Source: Candidatus Poseidoniales archaeon (GTDB lineage Archaea > Thermoplasmatota > Poseidoniia > Poseidoniales > Poseidoniaceae). Taken from it: a stretch of 64,000 nucleotides of DNA. The stretch lies in contig QQRW01000018.1 in assembly GCA_003602605.1 (NCBI GenBank), positions 286 to 64,285 of the forward strand, in the 5' to 3' direction. The position numbers were made by a program, and so were the translations under genes. This document shows positions 1 through 10,723 of the stretch, piece by piece; within the stretch, counting starts at the first letter, position 1, and every line of letters begins with the position of its first letter. The notes beneath the pieces were generated by a model that saw only the letters and a list, made by a program, of their open reading frames with translations, ran no database searches and was not told the DNA's origin.

Positions 1-7
1 TGAGCAT

Positions 8-478
8 ATGTACTACGGTGTTTGCTGTGGGGTCATGATTACCATCCTGCTTATGGCGCTTAGAGGCTCCATTCGGACGTTGCTCCTCATTGGGGCCTTG
101 GCTGCAGTAGGGTCGGGTGTGTTGACGCTGGGTGTGGGGATGGATACCCCTTGGGCGCCTTGGGAACGCTCATCTGAAACCATGTTTCCTCCCGTGTTAT
201 TCACGCTCGCAAGTTTCGTGGCAACCGTTGCTTTCTGTGCAACTACGGTGGTCTTCCACGCCTCGTTGAAGATGGTGACCAGCGACCCAGATAAGTGGTG
301 GAGGGTCAGCGGCGTACTGTTCTTGATTGCCTACGGAATGTTCTCGTTTGGCTCAGGGACTGTTGAAGCGGCCATCATGCTCAATCTTTTGCATCTCCTT
401 GTAGGTCTTCCAGCCCTTACCCTTCTGCCACGGGCTTTTCGTAACGTTCCCCATACGTCGCACTCCCGCAGCATGTAA
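8..478 (+). CDS. Hypothetical multi-pass membrane protein (may extend 5' of the window)
   Basis: 156-aa ORF with about five hydrophobic segments; the frame is open to the window edge. Confidence 0.6.
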   Translation: MYYGVCCGVMITILLMALRGSIRTLLLIGALAAVGSGVLTLGVGMDTPWAPWERSSETMFPPVLFTLASFVATVAFCATTVVFHASLKMVTSDPDKWWRVSGVLFLIAYGMFSFGSGTVEAAIMLNLLHLLVGLPALTLLPRAFRNVPHTSHSRSM

Positions 479-489
479 GACATCGCCGG

Positions 490-1080
490 GTGAAGAGTTA
501 TACTGAGAGTTCGCAGGGGTTCAATGTGGACGATTTCGCTGATCTTGAAGAGGAATTGCAACCTGTAGCGTCTCAGATTTTACATTCGGACATTGTTGAA
601 TTAATCAAGAATATAGAATCGGATGAAGAAACGAATGGGTTCAAATTTACGCCTTATGAAATCATCTGGACACCAGCATCAAGTATAGGCTGTTTAGTAC
701 TTGGAATCGTTTTGACTCCGCTGCTTATCGGGGTATTTTGGCTTTGGATATTTTTTACCCAGAGGCCCAACGTCCCTATTTCGGAGACTTCCTATTTTTA
801 TGAGTGCCAATATTATATTGCTGAACATCATTCAATCCTTGAATACGAAATATTGAACGGAATCTTAGATGTGACAAGTTGTAAGGTTCATCCAATTGCT
901 GCTGGGTCATACATCGGTTATGAGAGGGTGTCTATGGGTGACAATGGTAATTCACGGGCCAAGTATACTGTTCGAACTCCTTCAAATTTCGTTCAATTAA
1001 CAATGAAAGAGTCGGTGAAATCTTCTGAAGTCTCTCGCTTTTCCAAATTTTCTGGTTTAGAAATCAATACGATTTCGTAA
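490..1080 (+). CDS. Hypothetical membrane protein (acidic N-terminus, hydrophobic segment, beta-rich C-terminus)
   Basis: 196-aa ORF, GTG start, segment IGCLVLGIVLTPLLIGVFWLWIFF; more AT-rich than its flanks. Confidence 0.6.
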   Translation: MKSYTESSQGFNVDDFADLEEELQPVASQILHSDIVELIKNIESDEETNGFKFTPYEIIWTPASSIGCLVLGIVLTPLLIGVFWLWIFFTQRPNVPISETSYFYECQYYIAEHHSILEYEILNGILDVTSCKVHPIAAGSYIGYERVSMGDNGNSRAKYTVRTPSNFVQLTMKESVKSSEVSRFSKFSGLEINTIS

Positions 1081-1294
1081 AGTCAAATCCAAATTTCGAG
1101 GTGTACTCTCCACACACATGCATAGTTTTTAAAAATCAAAATGCTGGAATTTCGGTTGCGGAAAGTAACATTATATCCGATTCAAGATTCATCCGACGAG
1201 TACTCAAGTCAATACAGCGTGATTGTGCTGAAAAAAACGAAAACGAGGGTTTCTTTTATTGCCCCTCGACTCGTGGATTTACTGAGGGATACCA

Positions 1295-1555
1295 ATGGTC
1301 GAGGGCGAAGGTTCAGTATCCCGTCTTACTGGCCTTGAGGTCTATCTCCCAGATGGCCGCAGATTGGGTATTGTCCATGATGCCGTGGTCGATGCCAATG
1401 GATTGAACTGTACGCATTTGTTTGTCCGTGATACTGAAGAGGAACTGGTCGAAGGTTCGGTTCACGTCGCAGTCCCTTGGAGATGGGTTCGAGCCATTGA
1501 CAGAATCGTCTTGCTGCGTTGGTTCCCGCAAACGCCCATACCTCTCCAAAGCTGA
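1295..1555 (+). CDS. PRC-barrel domain protein
   Basis: Pattern S.L.G..VY..DG..LG.V.D..VD ... VPW.WV.AI..IVLL typical of archaeal PRC barrels. Confidence 0.8.
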   Translation: MVEGEGSVSRLTGLEVYLPDGRRLGIVHDAVVDANGLNCTHLFVRDTEEELVEGSVHVAVPWRWVRAIDRIVLLRWFPQTPIPLQS

Positions 1556-1564
1556 GTTGATTTC

Positions 1565-2695
1565 ATGAGTATGGAAATACATATTCTCGGCACCTCATCT
1601 GCACGGCCTACGAGAAAAAGACAGGTCAGTGGAAGTTTGATCCATTGCGACGAGGGGATCGTCGTCATCGATGCTGGTGAAGGCTTCCAAACACGATATG
1701 CAGAACAACGTAAGCGTCTCAAGAACTTCGAAAAAGGTACAACATTGCGAGCATCGAAAATTAACGCCGTTTGCCTCACACACGGCCACCTTGACCACAC
1801 ATGGGGGCTCCTACCCTGGATGCATACGATGGCTTTGGATAAACGGGAGACACCTCTTCTTGTCCTTGGCCCAACTTCAAAGGAAGTTTTCGATTCTCTC
1901 TTGCTCGCAAATGAAATACCGGAATCCGCCTCGAATGCAGAACTGGCACGACAGATGCGTATTTGGCAATCGCTTGGTGCTACGACAGCAGATTTGGGTT
2001 ATCCTGTTCGATGGATTCTTGGGGATGTAGCGGGCGACCGCTGGCTCGAACTGATTCCGGGGCGACAGCCCGTGCAAGTCAAGGAAATGCCTCAGCCGCA
2101 TGGTTGGAAGAAAACCAGAATTCAACCGGTCATTACTCGGCATACCGTTCCATCGTGTGGATGGATGGTTGAGTCCAAAGGCAGTCCGGGAAAATTCAAT
2201 CGGTTGAAGGCAGCTGAAATGAAACTGACAGATGCACAAAAGACACACCTTTCTTCTGGCGAAGACCTCGAGTTGCCCGATGGAACAGTTCTGAAAGCAC
2301 TTGATTTCCGCGGAAAGCGTCGGCCTTCGACCCGCCTCGTAATTTCGGGTGATACTGCAGAGATGGCTGAAGGGTTCACATTACTCGACGGTGTTGATGT
2401 TCTGGTTCACGAAGCGACGTTTCTGGACGACGCACAACAATGGGCAGATGAGTTCCTTCACTGCACCAGTACTGGTGCGGTCAGAACTGCAGCAGTATGC
2501 TCAGCACGGCACCTTGTTTTGACCCATTTCAGTGCGCGCCTCAAAGAGGCTTCCGTATCGCTCAATGAGGCGATGGACGAAGCTTCGGCTTCCGATTTGT
2601 CCGTGACTTCAGCGTCTGATGGTGACCGAGTCGTCATTCGTGAGAACGGAGAAATCCATCATTTGGTATGGCGCAACGACGGCTGGTCCTCTTGA
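1565..2695 (+). CDS. rnz: Ribonuclease Z (tRNase Z, MBL fold)
   Basis: ILGTSSARPT, IDAGEG, THGHLDH (HxHxDH), exosite-like GKFN...L..G..LELPDG, SGDT, HEATF and LTHFSAR motifs. Confidence 0.92.
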   Translation: MSMEIHILGTSSARPTRKRQVSGSLIHCDEGIVVIDAGEGFQTRYAEQRKRLKNFEKGTTLRASKINAVCLTHGHLDHTWGLLPWMHTMALDKRETPLLVLGPTSKEVFDSLLLANEIPESASNAELARQMRIWQSLGATTADLGYPVRWILGDVAGDRWLELIPGRQPVQVKEMPQPHGWKKTRIQPVITRHTVPSCGWMVESKGSPGKFNRLKAAEMKLTDAQKTHLSSGEDLELPDGTVLKALDFRGKRRPSTRLVISGDTAEMAEGFTLLDGVDVLVHEATFLDDAQQWADEFLHCTSTGAVRTAAVCSARHLVLTHFSARLKEASVSLNEAMDEASASDLSVTSASDGDRVVIRENGEIHHLVWRNDGWSS

Positions 2696-2716
2696 GCAAA
2701 CGGCCACATCATTGAA

Positions 2717-5215
2717 GTGGATAACGGCCTACAGCGGTATATGCGTTCAACCGTCTTTGTCGCGCTTCTCCTCTGCACAATGCTGCTTCCAGTCACTGCG
2801 ATAGCGACTGAAGGCCGTGAGCAGCCAAATTGCTTGAACGATACTCCTGATGCATTCTCTAGCGCCACAGTTATCGGTGACGGCGCCTGCATCAAAATCA
2901 ACCTCGGTGTATTGACTCCCGGTGATGTTTACGATCTCTCCATCATTGTAAGCCAAGACGCTCTTGATGTTCTCGTGTTCGATCAGAATTCAGTGCAACC
3001 GTATGATTTAGGCCAATCGTATCGCTCTTCATACGAACAAGTACCTTCGACTGAATCTGCTCTCGGCAGTTTCGAGTTTCACTGGAAAGTTCCTCCTTCC
3101 ATCACTTCCAAATCTTGGTACATTGTTTTCGATAACACTGCTCATTCTGGAGACCAAGGCATGGGCGACCAGGGTGGCGCTGACAGTCGTGCCAGTTTGA
3201 CCATTTCCAAAATTACAGAATCGTATTGGACACCCTTCCATGATGTCATCGGTATGCAAAGTGATTCCTACAAAAATCTACTTTCAGGAGACGATTTCCG
3301 ACTTGATGCGGGGACCACAGTCGTCGTTTCGGCTTGGTCATTGGAAGGCAACGGTGATGTCTATCTTCAGACTCAAGGGATGAATGATTTGTACACCTCG
3401 GGTGGTGTTGGTTCTTTGTTCATTACCGGTGCTGGACTACGCTCAGTCGACGGCTCCGACTCTTTTTCTTGGGTTGTTCCAAACGAATTGGACGGAGAGC
3501 CACTTTTCCTCATCGCTGACAACACAGATACACCGGTTGGAGGGGGTGATGGAACTTCTCCAGTCCGAATGACTGTGCGCATAGAATTCGCCCCACTGCT
3601 CAGTCCCGTCATCAACGACGATTCAAATGGAACGACCATCATTGGCAGGGCAGTTTCACTTGACGCAATGGCGACTCCAAATCGGCTTGAACAAGTTGCA
3701 TCAGCATCTTGGGACTTCGATGCTGATTTCGATTCCAACGGAGACGGTGACAAAGTCAACGACGCTGATGCTTCAGGTTGGCAAGCCCTTGCCATTTGGA
3801 CAACCCCTGGAGATCGAACTGTGACGCTTACCGTCACATCTCCAACCGGCGAAGTCGCCACAACCTCTTCGATAATCTCAGTGACCGATGTCGTAGATCC
3901 CGTTGCACGAATCGGTGGTAATGGACAACCCATCAGCGGTGGCTGGAAACTGGTAACTGACCAATCGATTGCTCTCAATTGCGATGGCAGTACCGATGAT
4001 GACCAAGTGAGCACCTGCTCATGGAACCTCGATGGAACTCCATACGGGCAAAACAATTCCATCACACTCTCTTGGAGCGATATTGGCTTGCATACAGTGA
4101 CACTGACGGTCACTGACCCATCCGGAAACAGCAACACCATTTCGACGCTGATCAGGGTGACCGATACCACTCTACCCGTTCTTGACCAGACCTCTCTTGA
4201 TTTACTTCCGTCATCTGGTTTGATTGATGATACGATAAAGTGCAGTGCCTCAGCCAAAGACTCCTACGACTCAAGTGCAGTACTGCGTTACCATTGGGAT
4301 ACAAATCCAAACATTGACTCCGACGGCAACGGTAATGCTCGAGATGATGCAGATTTGAGTGGTTCGACTGCAGAAATTGTTTTTGCAAAGGCGGGAAGTT
4401 ATGATGTTGTTCTCACCGTTTTCGATCAGTCCAATAATTCCGACAGCCATGCCTTCACGATTACCGTTGAAAACGCAGATGAAAAAGGGACCATCGCTGG
4501 AATTTTGATGGTGGTCTTGTTTATTGGGGCAATCACCATGGGCGTTGCTTTGGTTGGTCATCGTCGCTGGCAAAAAGGAATTGCAATGCAACTTCTTCTT
4601 GATCGAGGTTTGAGTTCCGCAGAGGCAAAAGCCCACATGTCAAACGTTTCGAGCACACGAAAACTTCCTCTATTTTCGTCTGCAATTGCACTTGCAGGAT
4701 TGGAAAGCAACGACTCTGTGCAATCAACATCTTCGAAAGCCGAAGACGCAAAGGCTGCTGAAATGGCAGCAATTTACGGAACTGAACCGTCCGTTGCACC
4801 AACTTCGCAAGGCGCTTTCGCCCCTCCAACATTCGCTTCTCGAACCGTTTCAGCCGGTAGTCAAGCAGCAGCCGCAGATGCCATGGCCTTGTTTAACGAC
4901 GATTCGCCTGCACCATCGATACAACCTGTCCTACAAACGCCCCCCCCTCAAACACTCAATGAACTCACGCCCACAGCACCGATTCAAACCGTTGTTCAAA
5001 GCGGCGGTATTTCATTGCCCGACGGTGTCTTGAAACCAGCTAACGCCACACCGCCTCAACCGACTCCAGTGCCCGAACAAGTATCGCAGCCTGTGCAGAC
5101 ACGGGTCACGTGCAGCGCGTGTTCTGCAGTCTTTGCAATACAGATGCCCGTCGGTGTCAATAAAGTGGTCGTTGCTTGCCCTTCATGTTCGAAGGATTCA
5201 ACCGTTGAGTTATGA
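2717..5215 (+). CDS. Secreted PKD-domain protein with C-terminal TM helix, Pro-rich linker and Zn ribbon
   Basis: Signal peptide; three PKD-like units (WDFD, VTLTVTD.SGN); DSDGNG Ca-binding loops; TM GILMVVLFIGAITMGVALVG; terminal CSAC...CPSC. Confidence 0.8.
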   Translation: MDNGLQRYMRSTVFVALLLCTMLLPVTAIATEGREQPNCLNDTPDAFSSATVIGDGACIKINLGVLTPGDVYDLSIIVSQDALDVLVFDQNSVQPYDLGQSYRSSYEQVPSTESALGSFEFHWKVPPSITSKSWYIVFDNTAHSGDQGMGDQGGADSRASLTISKITESYWTPFHDVIGMQSDSYKNLLSGDDFRLDAGTTVVVSAWSLEGNGDVYLQTQGMNDLYTSGGVGSLFITGAGLRSVDGSDSFSWVVPNELDGEPLFLIADNTDTPVGGGDGTSPVRMTVRIEFAPLLSPVINDDSNGTTIIGRAVSLDAMATPNRLEQVASASWDFDADFDSNGDGDKVNDADASGWQALAIWTTPGDRTVTLTVTSPTGEVATTSSIISVTDVVDPVARIGGNGQPISGGWKLVTDQSIALNCDGSTDDDQVSTCSWNLDGTPYGQNNSITLSWSDIGLHTVTLTVTDPSGNSNTISTLIRVTDTTLPVLDQTSLDLLPSSGLIDDTIKCSASAKDSYDSSAVLRYHWDTNPNIDSDGNGNARDDADLSGSTAEIVFAKAGSYDVVLTVFDQSNNSDSHAFTITVENADEKGTIAGILMVVLFIGAITMGVALVGHRRWQKGIAMQLLLDRGLSSAEAKAHMSNVSSTRKLPLFSSAIALAGLESNDSVQSTSSKAEDAKAAEMAAIYGTEPSVAPTSQGAFAPPTFASRTVSAGSQAAAADAMALFNDDSPAPSIQPVLQTPPPQTLNELTPTAPIQTVVQSGGISLPDGVLKPANATPPQPTPVPEQVSQPVQTRVTCSACSAVFAIQMPVGVNKVVVACPSCSKDSTVEL

Positions 5216-5279
5216 ACCGCCCGTAGGGCGAACTTGAGAACCCTTGAAAATCCGTCCATGAAAGGGATGGGTTCTCATA

Positions 5280-8200
5280 GTGGTAATTCTTGAGTGCATC
5301 ATGGTAGAGGGCCAACCGCGTTTGATTCGAGTTGGTCTGCCTCAGGCATCAGACCCCCGTCGAATGGCTGTAGCCATGGTCATCTTGATGTTCATATCGA
5401 TGGCTCAACCCGCAGGTGCAGACTTGTCGGTTTCAAGAAATGACTTTGGCGTGCTGGATGAATTGGACGAGACGCTTTCAAAGAGAACCGCTAACGGAGA
5501 AGCCATTGTAGCTGCAGAAGGAGCAGCTGACGCTCTGAATGCGGTTGACCTTGCTCAACGCCCAGTTGATGCCACTGATCCACTTTCTCAGGCGAGCTCT
5601 TACCTTGACAGTTTGGAACTCCGAGACGCTTCACCGTTTGAAGCGGACCATCCTCGACCGTATGAGTTTCTAATGGACGCTTCTACTCAACCTGACGGTT
5701 GGCCTTACAATTTGTTCGAAACTTTGTTTTCAGTACAATCACTCGGTCTTGACAACATTCTCGGCATTGGAATCAATACGTATGCAGTGTACGTTAATTT
5801 CACTTCAAGAGATAACGGTCCATCACATGAAGCATGGGTTGAGGGCACTTTTACTGGTGAACTTTTGGTTGGAACAGATCTTGTTTTGTTCAACAATTAC
5901 ATCGATATTGACGGCGATTCAGTCGATGATTTATCGGTCGGACTAACCATTCAAGGCATCATAACCCAAGGCGATGGATTTGGAATTGAGCTTGGCGATT
6001 GTGAGTTAACACCGAGCCCTGGCCCGGGCATACCCCCAGTTACCGTACCGTGTGTGGAAGAATTGTGGGTGCGCCCGACCTTCCAATGGAAAGTTACTGC
6101 GCTTAACCAGAACGATTTCTTGTGGAACAACATGTCGCACCTTGAAGTCAGCTTGATGAAAGGTCTAGCTTTCGATTTAACGCTTGACGACTCGGAATCA
6201 TATGCCATTGTCATCGACACACGATTTACTCAACCTCCTCACGAATTTACACTTGGAGTTGGTCTACAGAAAATGGCATTCAATGTGAATGCGGTTATCA
6301 CCAATACTGCTGGTTTCATCACTTCACTGTTTAACGGCGGCATCAATGCATCGTCGCTAAGTCTGACATCCATTTCTGCTCCTTACGCCATCCGAGTCTC
6401 AAATCCTGATTCCGACAGTTCGGACCGTCAATCCGACTGCGATGATGGCACTGGTTACTATGACCCGTTCACCGATCATAAAACTGAAAGCCATTTGCAT
6501 AAATGTGGATTTGGTCTCGGTGTTGGCTTCATTCGATTTGATGGGTACGGTGGAGGAACGACTGCTCCGATTTTGGAAACCGCATACATCGATGTAGGTT
6601 TCCACCCTGAAGAAGGTGAAACACGAATCCCTAACGAAGTTGACATCACTCTTCGCAACGATAATCTCGGTGCGAACACATTTGATACTGTAGAAATCTT
6701 TTCCGATTACGGCTCAGACATGTACTTCCACTATTTCGAAGACCGTTCGAATACTACGGAGGGTGATTCACCTTTCGGAAACACAACGGATTCTCGAACC
6801 TGGATTCGAGGCCTCCCCTCGGGAACACTTCACCCCGATGAAATCAATGCTATTTTTACCATGATTGGTGAGGCCCCAGGAAGCGCAAATTTACCCGGAG
6901 AAATTCCGAGCCGTCTTTCAATGATGATTGCGATAAAGAACTTCTCAGGCGACAACACCAACAACGTTAACGATCCAACTTTGCCGGTAAATCCTGCTGC
7001 ACCTCCAAACACGCTTGTTGCCATTGTAGCGACCGAATCAATCGATCTTTTGGACTACAAATCGACCTTCAAACGTGGGGGGTATGATGCTGACTCATCT
7101 TCCATTCAACTGAGCATAGCAAATGTTCCCAAAGTCATCATTGTTGAGGGCAGTTTTCAAATCCCCGAAAGCGGCTTGAGTCGAGTATCCTACGATAACC
7201 CCAACCTCAACACGGTTGCTCAGATTTTCGACAATGCCTTACTGACCGTGATTGAAGTTATTCTGGATGTTGGAGATGTTGTCAACGGTCTACCTGAATC
7301 GATTGTCGGAACGGCTGGTTCTTCTGGGGGAGCGGTACGAATGAACTGCTACAACCAAGTCCGATTGAGCCTACCTGCCTCGACGCGCAGTCCGATGGAA
7401 ATTGGTTCAGTTTCGATTGCAATCTCGAGCAGTGACCAACCTTGGTTGCCTGACATCGACCATATTCTACTGTCAGAGGACACCAATATCCAAACTGTAA
7501 ACGGCCGCCTTGGTGTTCAAGAGCCACTTGTTCCCGTTGCAATGAGCGCTCGAATTGGAGGCATATCGAGCGTCAGCCATGATTACGACCCGATTAACGA
7601 TGTTCGACAAATGGAATTACGAGGAATTAACGGAGGACCCCTTTTGATCGGTCACCTGTTACACGATGACGGAGATTTGACCACTGCCAATCAACAGTCT
7701 GCTACGCTCTCAAACCGCCCCAGCACGTTCAATGTTACTCAAACTGCGGAAGCCCTTACCTACACAGCTTCTGCTCCAATTGGAACCATCACTTACGGAG
7801 GTAACGGAGATGGCCAGCGAAACGCAATACGCTTGAACGGTCTTCCCTCTTCGTTCCAACTTATTTTGGGCGATACTGTCGGTTATGTCGCAGCAACCCC
7901 AATGGAATCGATTGAAGTTCAACTCACGAACTCGACTCAACCGCTGACAATGGACGGCGACCACTTCCGATTCTGGGTGAACGAGACCTCTGGTGAAGCA
8001 AGCCTCAGTACCGCAATTTCAGATGTTACGAGCCTGCGTCGCCTTTCCCCCTTAGATCCTGGTTCGAAAGGGCCTGAAGGGAACTCGCGCATCGAACTTA
8101 TCCGCGCCAACTCCGCTCCAATGAATGTCTTGATGGAAGACGACACCGTCTACGAAGATTCCTTCAAGGGAATGAACGGGCGTGTGGCGATCGACCCGCT

Positions 8201-10004
8201 TCCAGCAAACATCACTATTGCTTATCCAAGTGGGGTCGATTCAGGCGGACTTGAATTGCCTACTTTTGACGAAGGCGACGGCGTTCAAGCCCTGTCGTTC
8301 TTTTTGGGTGACTTAGTCAATTTCGGCTCTCTTGTCAATGATTTCGTTTATTCGACGGTTGTGGATTTGGGCGGTTTAGAGGCCGGAAATGAAGACATGT
8401 CACTTGGTCTTGATTTGATTACCGGCGAATTGTTTAATGTCACTATGGACATCGAAAAAGGCTCGAATGTGATTGATGAACCTGAATGGTCTCACGGTAT
8501 TGGGATGGAAGTTTTCGAAGCAACAGTTGTTTCGTTCAACCTCTCACGAATGCCAACGTATACATTATCGAGCCGTGAAGTTGTTGACGAGGCACTGCGT
8601 GATTACAAAATCACTCCAGCGGAATATGAACTGGTTTTGGAAGTGTTTGAGAACACCAACATCTCCGGATTTATTCCACTTCTTCTTGCACTGGAAGACG
8701 GTATTGTGCTCGATTCAGAAATTGAAGGAGTGAACTTGAGCCAGTGGGAGGAGCAGGGAATTACCTTTGAATTACGTCGCTCATGGCACATGCGCTCTTG
8801 GTTGCCGAGTCTTCCAACCGGCCGGATACTCTTGGAATATGATTTCAGAATGATCGGCGACCTTCCCGTGTACGAACTTGATGTTTATCTCGAACAATGG
8901 ACTCCTAAACGCCAGCAACTGAGTATAATCGTGAACGGACTCGAAGGCCGCGACCTCGAATTTGTCATTTCTGGACTGGACACAACCGAGGCCAACAACG
9001 TAGAAGCGAATGCCGTATTTTCGACGCAGGACAACCTCACCGTTCCTCGCGTATCCATCGATATGCATTATGACCTCGGAACCCGTTTGGATTCTGCCCA
9101 TGCTACTTTCATCGACCGGCGAGAACTTAGCCGCGTTGAGGCGTTAATCGTAGGCGTTCCCCAAGAAACCGATTTTTCTACCACGATTGGTGATATTTTC
9201 CTCATTGATCTCTTGGTACCGTCGCAGTACCAAATCGATGGCCACTCTGCAGAATCGTTGATGATTCAACAGATGCGTTTCGTCGATGGGTTCTGGTGGC
9301 CTGCTACCGCATTCATGCGTGATTTACCTGGTGAAATGCATCTTGCTGCTCAGCCGAACACCGAGTTTGATATCCGCTCAGAGGTCTCGTTCCAGGGGAT
9401 GATGGAACTCGATTACAGGTCCAACACTGATGACATGGATTTGTATTTGGAAGCAACTGGCCGGTCTGTTGACACAAAGGGAGATGTTCTGATGCTCGCC
9501 GAAGACCTTCCTTCCACATTCGTTCTCGAGATGACCGATGACTGGGGCGTTCGTGTCGCATCTTCAGGTGACGGTGTAAGCCGTCTTTATCTCAAACAGA
9601 CCGATGTTCCATCGTCACCGGGAGTTGTAGTGGATCGCGTCGAAATAATCGGCCAAAACCTCCAATCTGCAACCATTCATATTTACACTGGACCGTTCCA
9701 GTATCCATTGATTGTCATTGATGACATTACCAACGGCCGAATCGTGGCCAGTGCTGAGGCCACCGTTGAGCCGTACCATACAACTGGTATGCTTGAAGGA
9801 TATTCATTCAACGGTCGTGCTGTTCTTCTCGATGCCCAATTCACGGGCATCTTACCGACCGCTTCGTCGATTGGCGTCAACGGTATGGTCACCGATCTCT
9901 CCTTGGTAGGAACGCTTACCGACGATACTGTAGAAACCCGTCACATTTTGCTTGTTGAACCGATTACGACCGTCATTGCCAGTGGTTTGGCACTCATTTG
10001 GTGA
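5280..10004 (+). CDS. Very large acidic secreted beta-rich hypothetical protein
   Basis: 1574-aa ORF; signal-like MAVAMVILMFISMAQPAGA; recurring strand-LP-strand motifs; hydrophobic C-terminus. Exact start uncertain. Confidence 0.75.
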   Translation: MVILECIMVEGQPRLIRVGLPQASDPRRMAVAMVILMFISMAQPAGADLSVSRNDFGVLDELDETLSKRTANGEAIVAAEGAADALNAVDLAQRPVDATDPLSQASSYLDSLELRDASPFEADHPRPYEFLMDASTQPDGWPYNLFETLFSVQSLGLDNILGIGINTYAVYVNFTSRDNGPSHEAWVEGTFTGELLVGTDLVLFNNYIDIDGDSVDDLSVGLTIQGIITQGDGFGIELGDCELTPSPGPGIPPVTVPCVEELWVRPTFQWKVTALNQNDFLWNNMSHLEVSLMKGLAFDLTLDDSESYAIVIDTRFTQPPHEFTLGVGLQKMAFNVNAVITNTAGFITSLFNGGINASSLSLTSISAPYAIRVSNPDSDSSDRQSDCDDGTGYYDPFTDHKTESHLHKCGFGLGVGFIRFDGYGGGTTAPILETAYIDVGFHPEEGETRIPNEVDITLRNDNLGANTFDTVEIFSDYGSDMYFHYFEDRSNTTEGDSPFGNTTDSRTWIRGLPSGTLHPDEINAIFTMIGEAPGSANLPGEIPSRLSMMIAIKNFSGDNTNNVNDPTLPVNPAAPPNTLVAIVATESIDLLDYKSTFKRGGYDADSSSIQLSIANVPKVIIVEGSFQIPESGLSRVSYDNPNLNTVAQIFDNALLTVIEVILDVGDVVNGLPESIVGTAGSSGGAVRMNCYNQVRLSLPASTRSPMEIGSVSIAISSSDQPWLPDIDHILLSEDTNIQTVNGRLGVQEPLVPVAMSARIGGISSVSHDYDPINDVRQMELRGINGGPLLIGHLLHDDGDLTTANQQSATLSNRPSTFNVTQTAEALTYTASAPIGTITYGGNGDGQRNAIRLNGLPSSFQLILGDTVGYVAATPMESIEVQLTNSTQPLTMDGDHFRFWVNETSGEASLSTAISDVTSLRRLSPLDPGSKGPEGNSRIELIRANSAPMNVLMEDDTVYEDSFKGMNGRVAIDPLPANITIAYPSGVDSGGLELPTFDEGDGVQALSFFLGDLVNFGSLVNDFVYSTVVDLGGLEAGNEDMSLGLDLITGELFNVTMDIEKGSNVIDEPEWSHGIGMEVFEATVVSFNLSRMPTYTLSSREVVDEALRDYKITPAEYELVLEVFENTNISGFIPLLLALEDGIVLDSEIEGVNLSQWEEQGITFELRRSWHMRSWLPSLPTGRILLEYDFRMIGDLPVYELDVYLEQWTPKRQQLSIIVNGLEGRDLEFVISGLDTTEANNVEANAVFSTQDNLTVPRVSIDMHYDLGTRLDSAHATFIDRRELSRVEALIVGVPQETDFSTTIGDIFLIDLLVPSQYQIDGHSAESLMIQQMRFVDGFWWPATAFMRDLPGEMHLAAQPNTEFDIRSEVSFQGMMELDYRSNTDDMDLYLEATGRSVDTKGDVLMLAEDLPSTFVLEMTDDWGVRVASSGDGVSRLYLKQTDVPSSPGVVVDRVEIIGQNLQSATIHIYTGPFQYPLIVIDDITNGRIVASAEATVEPYHTTGMLEGYSFNGRAVLLDAQFTGILPTASSIGVNGMVTDLSLVGTLTDDTVETRHILLVEPITTVIASGLALIW

Positions 10005-10008
10005 TTCT

Positions 10009-10674
10009 ATGACGGATGATTCTTCAATTTTATACAACGAACATGGAGACATGGTCGTTCATGAAGATGATATTGAATCTCTTGGGTTGCTGGACGTAGC
10101 TCGGTTGCAAAAGATAGAATCACTGGGGTATACTCTCGACGAAGACGGAATTGAGACGTACGAAGACATGCAACGTGTCACCAAAGCTCTTCGTACGATT
10201 CGTCGAGAAGTGAGCCCGAGTCGAGTCGCACTTGCAGGTATTGTTGTTCTGTTGTTGTTTGGAGTTCTAGTCAGCGGATGGTATTGGGCTCTTCCACGCG
10301 ATGCAGTCAATGTTGAGACGCAATACCTTCAGCGCGGCGGACATCTCTTGATGTCAGAAGTTCACAATGTTGGAAGCCGTGATATCACCGATGTTTCGCT
10401 CCTTATTGAATTCCAATCGATAGAAGGCGAAATACTTGACTTCATGTCCATCGAAGTTGACAAAATTGAAAGTCACTCTTCTTTGGCTGGAGATAAACTG
10501 GAAATGATAGTTATTGGTCATTCAGTTTGGGATGAATACGTCATCAAGGTGGATTTACGATACACCAACTACAACGGTGAAATTATTTCTGAAACATGGA
10601 GCCATTCCGTCGGGGTTTGGACTGTAGAACAATTTGTCGATAAGGCTGACAGGACAACATGGCCGATTTCTTGA
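10009..10674 (+). CDS. Single-pass membrane protein with Ig-like C-terminal domain
   Basis: ATG at 10009 after GGTGA; TM ALAGIVVLLLFGVLVSGWYW; Ig-like pattern VHNVGSRDITDVSL. Confidence 0.7.
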   Translation: MTDDSSILYNEHGDMVVHEDDIESLGLLDVARLQKIESLGYTLDEDGIETYEDMQRVTKALRTIRREVSPSRVALAGIVVLLLFGVLVSGWYWALPRDAVNVETQYLQRGGHLLMSEVHNVGSRDITDVSLLIEFQSIEGEILDFMSIEVDKIESHSSLAGDKLEMIVIGHSVWDEYVIKVDLRYTNYNGEIISETWSHSVGVWTVEQFVDKADRTTWPIS

Positions 10675-10723
10675 CTCTGAAATCAACGAACTGACAGTAA
10701 TTAGAGGAGGGATAGCCGTGAAG

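Noticed and set aside
1101-1406. ORFs between the gene at 490 and the PRC-barrel gene
   Set aside because: No motifs, and they overlap the PRC gene; more likely AT-rich intergenic DNA.
3373-4257. Long antisense ORFs (also 12373-13083 and 37182-37808)
   Set aside because: Antisense shadows of well-supported genes, with no motifs of their own.
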